32,000 bases of DNA from Halalkalibacterium halodurans (GCF_004376175.1 NZ_SNUY01000026.1:15826-47825); one strand, 5' to 3'; shown: positions 16,194-26,015, counted from the first letter of the stretch. Notes: generated from the sequence alone by a model not told the origin. Translations and numbers: made by a program.

Positions 16194-16940
16194 TTAAAAT
16201 AATCGGCTTAAGATCCCGATGGCAATTAGTAAACCGAGTCCGACCCAGAGAATTTTCTTTCCGATCCCTCTCGTGAAGCGTCGCTTTTTCCAACGGTTCG
16301 GATCAAAACGAACCTGCCGATCATCAGCAGCAACAGCAAACGCATAAAAGGGTCTTGCTTTTGCAAGTACAATAGGGGCTAATGCTGCACCGCCAATCAT
16401 GCCAAACAAATGGGCGAATACATTAATGTTTGAGCTCAAAAAGGTCATGACTAAGCCGATGATAATGATGGTGATGACCAATTGGGTATTAGCTGGGTCT
16501 ATTAAGTCCTTGCGATAAATAACCATGTATACGAAGATACCAAACAAGCCGAAAATGGCTCCTGATGCCCCTAGATGATACGGATAAGCAAGACCACCAA
16601 GATAATAGGTTGCTACGTTAGCGATGAACCCCGAAAGGAGATAGACAAACAAAAACTTTCCTTTCCCTAGCATTCGCTCTAAGGCTGGCCCAAAAATGAC
16701 GAGGGCAAACGAGTTAAATACGAGATGGCCGATCGAGACATGAAGAAAAACAGGAGTAATGAGTCGCCAATATTCACCTTGGCTGACAGCTAAATTAAAG
16801 CCAACGCCTGTTGCGTAAACCCAAGCGCCACCAGGTAAAAGGTGTATCCATACAAACAGAGCAATATGAATGAAGACAAGGGCAGTAATAATTGGGTAAC
16901 TTCGTCTGAATGTGTAAAACGATTCGTTGCGAATAAACAT
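16194..16940 (-). CDS. Rhomboid-family intramembrane serine protease (position equivalent to B. subtilis ydcA)
   Basis: Track ORF is 16194..17084. I trimmed it to the ATG at 16940 (MFIRNE...), which is preceded by AGGAGG. Multi-TM. Rhomboid motifs HLVFN, GASGAIFGL (catalytic Ser) and AHLFGMIGG (catalytic His). Confidence 0.88.
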   Translation of the reverse strand: MFIRNESFYTFRRSYPIITALVFIHIALFVWIHLLPGGAWVYATGVGFNLAVSQGEYWRLITPVFLHVSIGHLVFNSFALVIFGPALERMLGKGKFLFVYLLSGFIANVATYYLGGLAYPYHLGASGAIFGLFGIFVYMVIYRKDLIDPANTQLVITIIIIGLVMTFLSSNINVFAHLFGMIGGAALAPIVLAKARPFYAFAVAADDRQVRFDPNRWKKRRFTRGIGKKILWVGLGLLIAIGILSRLF

Positions 16941-17161
16941 CGTGTTCCTCCTTTTAATGGAGTGATTCGGTTCGAACAAAAACTGCGTGTGCCATGTTCT
17001 GTTGCAACGTTTGTGTGCCCCGAAGTGTGTGGGAATAGGCAACTGTGGAGATGCAGAATGAAGTTTCACTTTATAGTATAACAAAACATGGTTGCGAGTC
17101 GCTTGGATTCAACTAATAATATTACCTAGGTGTTGTAACTATGAAGAAAAGAGGGCGATCT

Positions 17162-17521
17162 ATGATTATCGGAACAGGCATCGATATCGTTGAGTTAGAA
17201 CGAATCCAGAGTATGGTTGAGAAGCATCCGAGGTTCGTAAAAAAGATTTTGACTGAAAATGAACAGGAAGTCTTTGCTCGCCTTTCAAGAAGGAGAAGGC
17301 TCGAATATATTGCCGGGCGGTTTGCGGCCAAGGAAGCATTTGTGAAAGCTGTAGGGACAGGAATTTCCGCTGAGTATGGCTGGCATGATGTGGAGGTTCT
17401 TTCTGATGAGCGTGGGAAGCCAGTCTTAAGTGTGAATCTTGATGCGACCATTCATGTGTCCATTTCCCATAGCCAATCTTATGCGATTGCTCAAGTAATT
17501 TTGGAACGCTTGTCAAGCTAG
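17162..17521 (+). CDS. acpS: Holo-[acyl-carrier-protein] synthase
   Basis: Trimmed to MIIGTGIDIVELERI... with AGAGGG upstream. 119 aa, colinear with B. subtilis AcpS (FAAKEAF, ISHSQSYAIAQVILERLSS). Confidence 0.92.
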   Translation: MIIGTGIDIVELERIQSMVEKHPRFVKKILTENEQEVFARLSRRRRLEYIAGRFAAKEAFVKAVGTGISAEYGWHDVEVLSDERGKPVLSVNLDATIHVSISHSQSYAIAQVILERLSS

Positions 17522-17707
17522 TCTGCATATTGCCCCAGTTTGTCTCATATAGATGTAGTGCGATTAGGGTGAGCAGCTAACCTAGAGAAGAAATGTGCCT
17601 CATTGTGCACCTTATTTTTATTTTTCTCGGTAGCTGAAAGGAAAACAACGGACCAATGGGTGGAGTTGTTTTCTAATCGTTCAAATGAGACGAAGGGGTG
17701 AAATGAT

Positions 17708-18712
17708 TTGAGAAAAGTATCTTGGTTTATGATCCTCGGCCTTATGTTTGCAGTTTTGCTAACAGGATGCGGGGAGAAGTCACAAGATGAAGTGGTTACG
17801 GATTTGGAGAAGCGGCTAGCAGACATGTCCGGGTATAAAACCCATGCAACGATGACCTTGCAAACAGGAAAGGACCCACAAACGTATGATGTGGAAGTAT
17901 GGCATCAAGAAAAGAACTACTACCGCGTAGCGTTAGAAAATGAAAACAAAGACCAAAGTCAAATTATTCTTCGTAATGACGACGGTGTGTTTGTGTTGAC
18001 ACCATCGTTAAACAAAAGCTTCCGTTTTCAAAGCGATTGGCCGACGAATAGCAGTCAAGTCTATTTGTATGAGTCGCTTATCCAAGACATTTTAATTGAT
18101 GGGGAGCGCACATTTACGTCTACGGAGGATCATTACGTCTTCGAAACAAAGACCAATTATCAAAACAAAAACTTACATGCTCAAGAGATTACTTTGAATA
18201 AGAGAGATTTAACACCAGTTCAAGTTAAAATTATGAATGCGGATTTAGAATTACTCGTTCAAGTTGATTTTAGAGATTTTGAACTCGAGGCTAGCTTTAA
18301 TGAGGGAGACTTTGAAATGGAGCGCAATATGACGGGGGCGCAAATCGATGAACCAACAATGGCCGAACCGTCCGAACCGTTTGTTGTCCATTACCCGATG
18401 TATGAGCCTCAAGGGTCAGAGTATATCGGTTCGAAGGAAATTGAGACAGAAGACGGAAAGCGGGTTGTGCTCCAATATGGTGGAGAACAGTCCTATACCA
18501 TTATCCAAGAGCAAAGCCGCATTGTTCCGGCATCAACGCCAATGCATGCAGACGGTGAACCAGTGGATCTTGGCTTCACAGTTGGTGTGATGTCTGAGGA
18601 TTCCATTATGTGGTCTTATAACGGTGTCGATTTCTTCTTAGCAGCCCCAGATATGGATCAAGAAGAGATGATGGCGATTGCTCGTTCAGTCTATGGAACC
18701 CAAGAAAAATAA
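17708..18712 (+). CDS. ydcC: YdcC-like LolA-fold lipoprotein (DUF4367-type)
   Basis: TTG start with SD AAGGGGTG 7 nt upstream. Lipobox LLTGC-G. Synteny acpS-ydcC-alr as in B. subtilis. Confidence 0.8.
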   Translation: MRKVSWFMILGLMFAVLLTGCGEKSQDEVVTDLEKRLADMSGYKTHATMTLQTGKDPQTYDVEVWHQEKNYYRVALENENKDQSQIILRNDDGVFVLTPSLNKSFRFQSDWPTNSSQVYLYESLIQDILIDGERTFTSTEDHYVFETKTNYQNKNLHAQEITLNKRDLTPVQVKIMNADLELLVQVDFRDFELEASFNEGDFEMERNMTGAQIDEPTMAEPSEPFVVHYPMYEPQGSEYIGSKEIETEDGKRVVLQYGGEQSYTIIQEQSRIVPASTPMHADGEPVDLGFTVGVMSEDSIMWSYNGVDFFLAAPDMDQEEMMAIARSVYGTQEK

Positions 18713-18720
18713 TAGGAGGG

Positions 18721-18755
18721 CAAGCTCAGTCACTGGATAGACTGGGCTTGTTTTC
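18721..18755 (+). terminator. Intrinsic terminator after ydcC
   Basis: 11-bp stem CAAGCTCAGTC / GACTGGGCTTG (one G-U pair) followed by TTTT. Confidence 0.7.
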
Positions 18756-18871
18756 ACTTGCACATTTAAGAAGGTTTACCTACGACAATGGATGAAAATA
18801 ATAAGGAAAACGAGCGCTCCGTGAAGAGGTTTAGCGATGAGTAAGGTTTTTTCTAAAGGTCATAATGAGAA

Positions 18872-18900
18872 TTGACAATGGGAGGGAAGAGTTTGATAAT
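18872..18900 (+). promoter_or_regulatory. Sigma-A promoter for alr
   Basis: TTGACA (18872-18877), 17-nt spacer, GATAAT (18895-18900). Confidence 0.5.
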
Positions 18901-18939
18901 CTAGGGATAAGATGTAGTGTAGGATGGTGAGCACGAGAC

Positions 18940-20106
18940 GTGGAACATTTTTATCGAGACACTTGGGTAGAAGTTGACTTAGATGCGATTGAACAAAATG
19001 TAACGAACGCTCTTCGTCTTTATAAAGACAGGGAAATGAATTTGATGGCTGTCGTAAAAGCAAACGGTTATGGTCATGGTGCTGTAGAAGTCAGTCAAGC
19101 TGCTTTACGCGCAGGGGCGTCTTATTTGTCTGTCGCTTTTTTAGATGAAGCCCTCGCATTGCGAAAAGCAGGAATCGATGCCCCCATTCTGGTCATGGGT
19201 CTAGTGGACGCTGAGCATGTTCAGCTAGCCATCAAACATCGTATTACGTTAACCGTTTATCAATTGGACTGGCTGGAACAAGCGATCTCTCGCTTGCACA
19301 CTAGAGACAAGCTAGCCATTCATTTAAAGCTAGATACTGGAATGGGACGAATTGGATTACGGCGAGAAGAGGATATTCGCTCATGTATGGATTTTATCTC
19401 ATCCCACGAATGCTTTGAATTAGAAGGAGTTTTTACCCATTTTGCCACAGCTGATGAGAAGGATTTAACGTATTTTAAGAAGCAATGTCAACGATTTAAT
19501 CAGTGGCTTGAGTACATTCGTGAATGGCAGTTGCCCATTCGGTACGTTCATTGCGGCAATAGTGCAGCAGGCCTTAGGTTTCCTGAGAAAAATTTTAATA
19601 TGTTCCGCTTTGGCATCGCCATGTACGGGCTCACCCCATCCCCTGAAATAACAGATGAGCTTCCATTCCCATTAAAGCAGGCTTTTTCATTAAAATCCCG
19701 CCTCTCCAACGTGAAAAAACTACCGAAAGGAGAAGGCATTAGCTATGGAGCTACTTATGTGACAGAGGGTGCTGAATGGATTGGTACTCTGCCGATCGGG
19801 TACGCAGATGGTTGGATTCGCCATCACTCCAATGCTGGAGGGCATGTTTTGATCGATGGAAAGCGGGCTCCTTTTGTTGGTCTGATTTGTATGGATCAAT
19901 GCATGATTCGTTTACCGAAAAAACATTCAATTGGCGATACAGTAACGTTAATCGGGGAAAGTGATGGGAAGCAAATTACGATGGACGAAGTAGCAAAACG
20001 GCTGAACACCATTAACTATGAAATTCCTTGCGTGATTTCGTGGCGGGTACCGCGTATATATTTTCGAGATGGACAAATAATATCTGTTAAAAATAACCTT
20101 TTGTGA
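18940..20106 (+). CDS. alr: Alanine racemase
   Basis: GTG start. The N-terminus HFYRDTWVEVDLDAI is typical of Alr. PLP-Lys motif VVKANGYGHG. 388 aa. Confidence 0.93.
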   Translation: MEHFYRDTWVEVDLDAIEQNVTNALRLYKDREMNLMAVVKANGYGHGAVEVSQAALRAGASYLSVAFLDEALALRKAGIDAPILVMGLVDAEHVQLAIKHRITLTVYQLDWLEQAISRLHTRDKLAIHLKLDTGMGRIGLRREEDIRSCMDFISSHECFELEGVFTHFATADEKDLTYFKKQCQRFNQWLEYIREWQLPIRYVHCGNSAAGLRFPEKNFNMFRFGIAMYGLTPSPEITDELPFPLKQAFSLKSRLSNVKKLPKGEGISYGATYVTEGAEWIGTLPIGYADGWIRHHSNAGGHVLIDGKRAPFVGLICMDQCMIRLPKKHSIGDTVTLIGESDGKQITMDEVAKRLNTINYEIPCVISWRVPRIYFRDGQIISVKNNLL

Positions 20107-20218
20107 GTCGGATATAGGGTGTATCAGCTCTCCGTCAATCATTTGTTTGTCGACTATCCCCATGAGAATAATAGGGAGTTTTGCCGAAAAATATAGCCTG
20201 TTTAGTTGAAAAGGCTCT

Positions 20219-20247
20219 TTGCAATCGGTTGTCGCAAATGCTATGAT
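20219..20247 (+). promoter_or_regulatory. Sigma-A promoter for the mazEF (ndoAI-ndoA) pair
   Basis: TTGCAA (20219-20224), 17-nt spacer, TATGAT (20242-20247). Confidence 0.5.
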
Positions 20248-20299
20248 AAGTTAGAATGATTGAATGACTAGGTTGAAGGTGATGTTGGGGGTGTCCTTT

Positions 20300-20578
20300 G
20301 TGTCAGAATCAAGCACAAAACGAATTGTCGTGAATTTACCACAACATTTGCTAAATGAAGTGGACGGCGTTATTAAACAAGAGAAGGTTAATCGGAGTGA
20401 GTTTTTCTCTCAAGCCACAAAAATGTATTTACGTGAACGAAAAAAACGTCAAATTCGTGAAAAAATGCAGCAGGGCTACTTAGAGATGGCGAAAATTAAT
20501 CTTAATATTGCGTCTGAAGCTTTTTTGGCTGAGGAGGAAGCTGAGCACACCCTAGATCGCTTAGTAAGTGGGGTGTAG
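20300..20578 (+). CDS. ndoAI: Antitoxin EndoAI / MazE (RHH, CopG-like)
   Basis: Trimmed to the GTG at 20300 (VSESSTKRIVVNLPQHL...) with GGGGGTG upstream. 92 aa, colinear with B. subtilis EndoAI (GYLEMAKINLNIASEA...RLVSG). Confidence 0.88.
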   Translation: MSESSTKRIVVNLPQHLLNEVDGVIKQEKVNRSEFFSQATKMYLRERKKRQIREKMQQGYLEMAKINLNIASEAFLAEEEAEHTLDRLVSGV

Positions 20579-20581
20579 AAT

Positions 20582-20932
20582 TTGATTGTAAAGCGAGGCG
20601 ACGTGTACTTTGCCGACTTGTCTCCTGTCGTTGGTTCTGAACAAGGCGGAGTTCGGCCGGTTCTCGTCATACAAAATGATATTGGAAATCGGTTCAGTCC
20701 CACTGTCATTGTGGCTGCAATCACCGCACAAATCCAAAAGGCGAAGTTGCCGACTCATGTAGAAATTAATGCGAAGCGCTATGGTTTCGATCGCGATTCC
20801 GTTATTTTGCTTGAGCAAATTCGAACAATTGATAAACAGAGGCTGACGGACAAGATTACCCATCTTGACGATGATATGATGTCGAAGGTAAATGATGCCC
20901 TGCTTATTAGTTTAGGTCTAATCGACTTCTAA
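20582..20932 (+). CDS. ndoA: mRNA interferase toxin EndoA / MazF
   Basis: TTG start 3 nt after the antitoxin stop. 116 aa. [41 protein letters not shown]... is near-identical to B. subtilis EndoA as recalled. Confidence 0.95.
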   Translation: MIVKRGDVYFADLSPVVGSEQGGVRPVLVIQNDIGNRFSPTVIVAAITAQIQKAKLPTHVEINAKRYGFDRDSVILLEQIRTIDKQRLTDKITHLDDDMMSKVNDALLISLGLIDF

Positions 20933-21113
20933 GTTGAAACAAAAAATATGAAATAACTTAAAAAGTCTAGCACAATGGTGTATAGGCTTTTTGTGTTTTT
21001 GTGAGAACTTTTCAAATAACGCTCTTATTTACATGAGAGTAGATGTGTGAGCTTGGCAAGTATGAAGGTGTCATGAAATAATAACAGTAACAATGAAAAA
21101 TGGGGGAAGGTCA

Positions 21114-21929
21114 ATGGAATCCTTTATTGTGTCATTTGTTAATGAGAAGAAAGATGAGCTAGTGAAACAATGGGAGAGTGAATTACACGAAATTCGCAGT
21201 GAAATCTATCTCGATAAAATATCAGATGACCTTTTTCTGCGGACAAGCCAGGAATTCATGGAGCACACTTTTGCTGCGATCCAAACGTCTCAACAGGAAG
21301 CCGGCGAACGGTTGGCTCCCTTTACAGAACGGCTGATTCAAGGCGGTTGGCCGCTCATTTATTTCACGAAAGGCTTGCAGGCATTTCGCCGCACAGTACT
21401 TGCCGTTTTAGCAGAGGAGAAGGATTTACAGCAAGTGTTGAAGTATTTCTATGAAGTAGAGGAATGGGTCGACAGAATGGTGAATGAACTTGTCCACGAT
21501 TATACAGGTTCATGGGAAGATACAATTGAAATGCAAAAGCTGTCGTTATTAGAATTATCCGCTCCGCTTATGCCTGTATTTGAAGGGGTTACCGTAATGC
21601 CTCTCATCGGAACGATTGATACACAGCGAGCGAAGCTTATTATGGAAAACCTATTAGATGGTGTGATTAAACATAGATCTCAAGTGGTTCTCATTGATAT
21701 TACCGGTGTTCCTGTGGTTGATACGATGGTGGCTCATCATATTATTCAAGCAGCTGAGGCCGTTCGCCTCGTTGGTGCTCAGTGTATTCTTGTTGGTATA
21801 CGCCCTGAGATCGCCCAAACGATTGTGAATTTAGGGATTAACTTACAACAGTTCCCTACAAAAAGTACATTGCAGAAAGGCATCGAAGCAGCACTTGAAC
21901 AACTGGGAAAGAAAATGGTGGATAAGTAA
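21114..21929 (+). CDS. rsbR: Stressosome sensor protein RsbR (non-heme globin N-domain + STAS)
   Basis: The ATG at 21114 follows GGGGGAAGG (track start is 21093). The C-terminal STAS domain matches B. subtilis RsbRA almost exactly: [52 protein letters not shown]. Confidence 0.92.
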   Translation: MESFIVSFVNEKKDELVKQWESELHEIRSEIYLDKISDDLFLRTSQEFMEHTFAAIQTSQQEAGERLAPFTERLIQGGWPLIYFTKGLQAFRRTVLAVLAEEKDLQQVLKYFYEVEEWVDRMVNELVHDYTGSWEDTIEMQKLSLLELSAPLMPVFEGVTVMPLIGTIDTQRAKLIMENLLDGVIKHRSQVVLIDITGVPVVDTMVAHHIIQAAEAVRLVGAQCILVGIRPEIAQTIVNLGINLQQFPTKSTLQKGIEAALEQLGKKMVDK

Positions 21930-21943
21930 CGTGGAGGTTAAAC

Positions 21944-22300
21944 ATGAGAATTCCTATTTTGAAGCTCAAACAGTATCTACTCATCAGCATACAGGTGGAA
22001 TTAGATGACCAAATGGCGTTGCGTTTTCAGGAAGATCTTTTAACGAAAATCCATCAAGAAGGCTCAGAAGGGGTCGTGATTGACTTAACATCTGTTGAAA
22101 CAATTGATTCATTTATTGCCAAAGTTTTAGGGGATGTTGTGAATATGGCAAACCTGATGGGGGCGAAGGTTGTCCTTACGGGCATTCAACCAGCTGTTGC
22201 AATTACGCTGATCGACATGGGCATTAAGCTAGAAAATGTTCCGACGGCACTAGACCTTGATCAAGGTCTAGAGAAATTGCAGCAGGAATTGGAGGGATAA
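21944..22300 (+). CDS. rsbS: Stressosome scaffold / antagonist RsbS (STAS)
   Basis: 118 aa. IPILKL...[21 protein letters not shown]...[14 protein letters not shown] matches RsbS. Confidence 0.93.
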   Translation: MRIPILKLKQYLLISIQVELDDQMALRFQEDLLTKIHQEGSEGVVIDLTSVETIDSFIAKVLGDVVNMANLMGAKVVLTGIQPAVAITLIDMGIKLENVPTALDLDQGLEKLQQELEG

Positions 22301-22304
22301 CACA

Positions 22305-22724
22305 ATGAAAGCCCATTCCTGTAGTGTCGAAATTAGGAATGAATGGGGGATAGTTGCAGCAAGGCAAGAAGGACGGGCCCTAGCAAAGCAAGTTGGCTTT
22401 GGAAATGTAGATCAAGCAAGAATTACGACGGCGATCTCAGAATTAGCAAGAAATATTTATTTATACGCCGAGCGTGGCCAAATTGTCTTAGAGGAAGTCG
22501 AACGACTAGGAAAGCATGGGATGACCAAAGGGATAAAAATCATTTCTGAGGATAAAGGACCAGGAATTGAAGATATAAAGCAAGTCATGGAGGACGGCTT
22601 TACAACATCAGGCGGATTAGGTGCTGGATTGCCAGGGGTTAAACGGCTTATGGATGAGTTTTACATTGAATCAACTAAAGGGCAAGGTACTGTGATAACT
22701 GCTATTAAGTGGCTTCGTTTATAA
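22305..22724 (+). CDS. rsbT: Serine kinase / switch protein RsbT
   Basis: 139 aa. GHKL-type motifs ITTAISELARNIYLYA and GFTTSGGLGAGLPGVKRLMDEF. Confidence 0.93.
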   Translation: MKAHSCSVEIRNEWGIVAARQEGRALAKQVGFGNVDQARITTAISELARNIYLYAERGQIVLEEVERLGKHGMTKGIKIISEDKGPGIEDIKQVMEDGFTTSGGLGAGLPGVKRLMDEFYIESTKGQGTVITAIKWLRL

Positions 22725-22738
22725 GGGAGGGTCCGCTT

Positions 22739-23752
22739 TTGAAGCATACAAAAGATCTGTTAAACGAACAATATCGAACCATTTTAACACGATACTTGCA
22801 AAACAAATCAGAACAAGGGCTTTATCAAGCGGAACAACTGAGCAAACAATTGTTAGAGCAAAAAGTGTCACCAGAGGAGTTGGTCAGTCTTCATCGAACA
22901 GTGCTTAGTGACTTGTTTCCTTCCTTATCTAAAGACGTCCAAGATTCATTTGAGTTTTTGCTAGAAGTCATGGTTGGCTATGGTCTCGCCTATCGTGAGC
23001 ATCAAAGCTTACGTGACAGGCAGCAGGAGCTGGAGTCTGAAATTGACGTGGCGGCTAATATGCAGCAAACATTATTACCCAAAGAGAAACTAAATGTTCC
23101 ATCATTAGATATAGGAATCATCAGTGTCCCGGCGGAAAAAATGAGCGGCGATTTCTATCATTACATTCAATATGAGAACGATTGTATTGGCTTTGCCATT
23201 GCTGATATTATCGGCAAAGGGGTTCCAGCAGCCCTCTGCATGTCAATGATTAAGTACGGAATGGATAGCTTGCCTGAGCAACGCCTACAGCCAGCTGCTT
23301 TGCTTGAGAATTTGAACAAAGTTGTAGAGCAGAATATTGGAGATAGTATGTTTATTACAATGATGTACGGCTATTACGACGCGAGAGCTCATCAATTCCA
23401 CTATTCTAGTGCAGGGCACGAGCCGGGCTTCTACTACCGTGCTGCCACAGATACGTTCGAGGATTTAAAGGCGAAGGGGCTCGTGTTAGGCGTATCCCGC
23501 AAAGCGGTATTTCATGAATATAAGCGTGATGTGAACCTCGACGACTTTATCGTCTTTTTATCCGATGGTGTCACCGAATGCCGTGTGGGAGATGAGTTTA
23601 TTGAGCGAGATGAAGTGGTGTCTTATTTGAGAAAGTATAAACAATTACCCGCGCAGGATATGGTAGAAAAAGTATATCAAGAGCTTGCTCAAATTCAAGG
23701 GTACAACCTCCGTGATGATTTTACACTTATGATTGTCAGGAGAAAGGTTTAA
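22739..23752 (+). CDS. rsbU: PP2C phosphatase RsbU
   Basis: TTG at 22739, 8 nt after GGGAGG (track GTG is 22709). The RsbT-binding N-domain plus PP2C core (MSGDFYH, IADIIGKGVPAALCMSMIKY, SDGVTE, DDFTLMIVRRKV) are colinear with B. subtilis RsbU. Confidence 0.92.
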   Translation: MKHTKDLLNEQYRTILTRYLQNKSEQGLYQAEQLSKQLLEQKVSPEELVSLHRTVLSDLFPSLSKDVQDSFEFLLEVMVGYGLAYREHQSLRDRQQELESEIDVAANMQQTLLPKEKLNVPSLDIGIISVPAEKMSGDFYHYIQYENDCIGFAIADIIGKGVPAALCMSMIKYGMDSLPEQRLQPAALLENLNKVVEQNIGDSMFITMMYGYYDARAHQFHYSSAGHEPGFYYRAATDTFEDLKAKGLVLGVSRKAVFHEYKRDVNLDDFIVFLSDGVTECRVGDEFIERDEVVSYLRKYKQLPAQDMVEKVYQELAQIQGYNLRDDFTLMIVRRKV

Positions 23753-23772
23753 GCTAATCGTAAACGTGGTAT
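23747..23772 (+). promoter_or_regulatory. Sigma-B-dependent internal promoter (autoregulatory, upstream of rsbV)
   Basis: GTTTAA (23747-23752, overlapping the rsbU stop), 14-nt spacer, TGGTAT (23767-23772). Consensus is GTTTAA-N12-15-GGGTAT. Confidence 0.6.
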
Positions 23773-23823
23773 GGAGTAAAAACATTGCTTTACAATGACC
23801 GGAACCATGTGGGAGGTAATCAA

Positions 23824-24156
23824 ATGAACTTAGACATTCACCTTGAAAAAGATCAAGACACCGTTTTGCTCAATGTGGAAGGTGAGATTGATGCATATAC
23901 GGCTCAAGAATTACGAGAGAAGCTGTTGCCCCTTACAGAAATCAAGGGGCGCCAAGTGGTTGTCCATTTAGCCGATGTTCATTACATTGACAGTACGGGA
24001 TTAGGAATATTTATTGGGGCATTGAAGTCAGCTCACCAACACGGGAGCTTCTTAAAATTAACAGGGGTAACACCGCGTGTTCGGCGTCTGTTTGATATTA
24101 CAGGGCTCGATGAAGTAATTGAAATTGACGATCATGAAAGGGAGGAAGCGAGATGA
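23824..24156 (+). CDS. rsbV: Anti-anti-sigma factor RsbV (STAS)
   Basis: Trimmed to the ATG at 23824 after GGGAGG. 110 aa. Phosphorylatable Ser in the motif YIDSTGLG. Confidence 0.93.
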   Translation: MNLDIHLEKDQDTVLLNVEGEIDAYTAQELREKLLPLTEIKGRQVVVHLADVHYIDSTGLGIFIGALKSAHQHGSFLKLTGVTPRVRRLFDITGLDEVIEIDDHEREEAR

Positions 24157-24641
24157 GGGTTCATCAGCCTGAAACGATTGAGATGACAGTACCAGCGAAA
24201 TCGGAGTTTGTTGGTGTTGTTCGTTTAACTGTATCTGGCATTGCGAATCGCTTAGGCTATACGTATGACGATATTGAAGATATTAAAATCGCTGTAGCGG
24301 AAGCTTGTACAAATGTTGTTGACCATGCATATGACGAAGGTGGGACCATGGGGTTGTCCTTTCATTTATACGAGGATCGAATGGAGGTCATTGTGACCGA
24401 CCAAGGACAAAGTTTCGATATGGATGCTTTTCGCGAATCGTTAGGCCCAATTGATGGTTCAAAACCAATTCAGGATTTAAAGGAAGGAGGACTCGGGCTT
24501 TTCCTCATTAACACGCTTATGGATAAAGTAGAAATGAAAGAGGACTCAGGGGTGGTCTTAGCTATGACCAAGTTCCTTCAAAGAGATGAGGTGGACAATC
24601 GTGTCGAAGGAATCTCTGCAACACAAACGGAACAACGATGA
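24153..24641 (+). CDS. rsbW: Anti-sigma-B factor / serine kinase RsbW
   Basis: ATGA overlap with rsbV. 162 aa. HATPase motifs AVAEACTNVVDHAY and GGLGLFLINTLMD. Confidence 0.93.
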   Translation: MRVHQPETIEMTVPAKSEFVGVVRLTVSGIANRLGYTYDDIEDIKIAVAEACTNVVDHAYDEGGTMGLSFHLYEDRMEVIVTDQGQSFDMDAFRESLGPIDGSKPIQDLKEGGLGLFLINTLMDKVEMKEDSGVVLAMTKFLQRDEVDNRVEGISATQTEQR

Positions 24642-25386
24642 TGTATACGATTGGATTGAATCTTATCAGCAAGGGGCTGACGAGGAGGTCCAAACTAAGC
24701 TTGTAAAGCATTATGAACCGCTTGTCCATTCCCTTGCAAGAAAATTTTCCCGCAGTCGTGCCCATGACGATGATTTGGTTCAAGTGGGGATGGTTGGGTT
24801 ACTTGCGGCTTTTGAACGATATGATCCAAAGTACGGACGAAGTTTTGAATCCTTTGCAGTCCCGACGATCATTGGTGAAATTAAACGATTCATTCGCGAC
24901 AAAACATGGAGCGTCCATGTTCCGCGTCGCATAAAAGAGCTAGGGCCAAAAATCAAAAAAGCAGCAGATGAGCTTGCATCGGAACTTCAACGTTCTCCAA
25001 GAGTTGAAGAAATTGCAGACTTTCTAGGAGTATCTGAAGAAGAAGTGCTTGAAACAATGGAGATGGGGAAAAGCTATCAAGCCCTATCTGTAGATCGTTC
25101 CCTTGAAGCGGATCCAGAGGGCGGTGAGGTGACCCTTTTAGATTTAGTCGGTCAAGAAGATGGGGGCTATGAAAAAGCGGATCAGCAAATGTTGCTGGAA
25201 AAAGCGTTTCAAGTGTTAGATGAGCGGGAGAAGCAAATTTTGCTTTGCACGTACTTTGAGCATTTGAGTCAAAAGGAGACAGGGCACCGTTTGGGGATTT
25301 CACAAATGCATGTTTCTCGATTGCAGCGACGCGCCTTAAAAAAACTACGCGACTCCATTCGGGTTGAACTGTCGGAGTGCATATAA
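24601..25386 (+). CDS. sigB: General stress sigma factor SigB
   Basis: GTG at 24601 follows GAGGTGG by 6 nt (track ATG is 24586). 261 aa. Regions 2-4 are colinear with B. subtilis SigB: TIIGEIKRFIRDKTWSVHVPRRIKELGPKIKKA and GISQMHVSRLQRRALKKLR. Confidence 0.93.
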   Translation: MSKESLQHKRNNDDVYDWIESYQQGADEEVQTKLVKHYEPLVHSLARKFSRSRAHDDDLVQVGMVGLLAAFERYDPKYGRSFESFAVPTIIGEIKRFIRDKTWSVHVPRRIKELGPKIKKAADELASELQRSPRVEEIADFLGVSEEEVLETMEMGKSYQALSVDRSLEADPEGGEVTLLDLVGQEDGGYEKADQQMLLEKAFQVLDEREKQILLCTYFEHLSQKETGHRLGISQMHVSRLQRRALKKLRDSIRVELSECI

Positions 25387-26007
25387 ATGGTTGAAACGTA
25401 TAATCATGAGCGTGCGACGATCGTTGTTTGGCAAAGAACGAAAAAAGGAAATGACTGCTGCGGTGATGCACATGTCGTCGTAAATCAGGATGAATATACA
25501 CTCTGTGCCGTCGTTGATGGTCTTGGCAGTGGACAAGGGGCTTCAGAATCAGCGTTAGCGGCTGTACAGACCATTAAAGAACATGCAGCAGAGAACCTTC
25601 CAACTATTATGGAGCGCTGCAATGAATCTCTTTTTAGTAAAAGGGGGGCTGTTCTTACCATTCTAAAAATTGACTACCTTCAGCAGCATATTAAGTATAC
25701 GAACATTGGAAATGTCTGCTTCCATTTATGTGCCCCGAGCGGTAAGAGGGTGAGGCCCCTTCCTGTGCAAGGCTATTTATCAGGAAAAAAAGACTTAACT
25801 GTAGAGGAAAAGGTGTTTCCGTACGAGGAGGGGAGCGTGTTTATCCTTCATTCAGACGGAGTGAAGGATGAAAAATTCTTGCTATACTCTGTGTTAGATT
25901 CAACTGTGACTCCAGACCTGTTTATCGAAATGCTGGAAGAGAAAGGATCTACGGATGACTTAACGATTTTAGTCGGTAAACTGAGTAAGCCTGCTCGATC
26001 GGAGTAG
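25387..26007 (+). CDS. rsbX: PP2C phosphatase RsbX (stressosome feedback phosphatase)
   Basis: ATG immediately after the sigB stop. 206 aa. GDAHVV...AVVDGLGSGQGA...LHSDGV motifs, in the last position of the sigB operon. Confidence 0.88.
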   Translation: MVETYNHERATIVVWQRTKKGNDCCGDAHVVVNQDEYTLCAVVDGLGSGQGASESALAAVQTIKEHAAENLPTIMERCNESLFSKRGAVLTILKIDYLQQHIKYTNIGNVCFHLCAPSGKRVRPLPVQGYLSGKKDLTVEEKVFPYEEGSVFILHSDGVKDEKFLLYSVLDSTVTPDLFIEMLEEKGSTDDLTILVGKLSKPARSE

Positions 26008-26015
26008 GTTTTTTC
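25990..26015 (+). terminator. Intrinsic terminator of the sigB operon
   Basis: Stem CCTGCTC / GAGTAGG (one G-U pair) overlapping the rsbX stop, followed by T6. Confidence 0.65.

Noticed and set aside
16941-17084. N-terminal extensions of track ORFs (rhomboid to 17084; also GNAT to 4270, HxlR to 7903, acpS from 17141, ndoAI from 20264, rsbV from 23785, tex from 26106, sprT-like from 28594)
   Set aside because: In each case an internal start codon has a proper SD at 5-10 nt, and the trimmed length matches the B. subtilis ortholog. The extensions lack an SD and run into promoter regions.
17545-17826. 93-aa minus-strand ORF between acpS and ydcC, and the 9-bp hairpin GAAAACAAC...GTTGTTTTC at 17641-17674
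   Set aside because: The ORF overlaps the ydcC start and has no SD. The hairpin lacks a convincing T-tract on either strand, so I did not call it a terminator.
20300-20932. mazEF-type toxin-antitoxin pair as a candidate novel defence element
   Set aside because: It is the conserved chromosomal ndoAI/ndoA (EndoAI/EndoA) pair in its canonical position between alr and rsbR. It is not novel.
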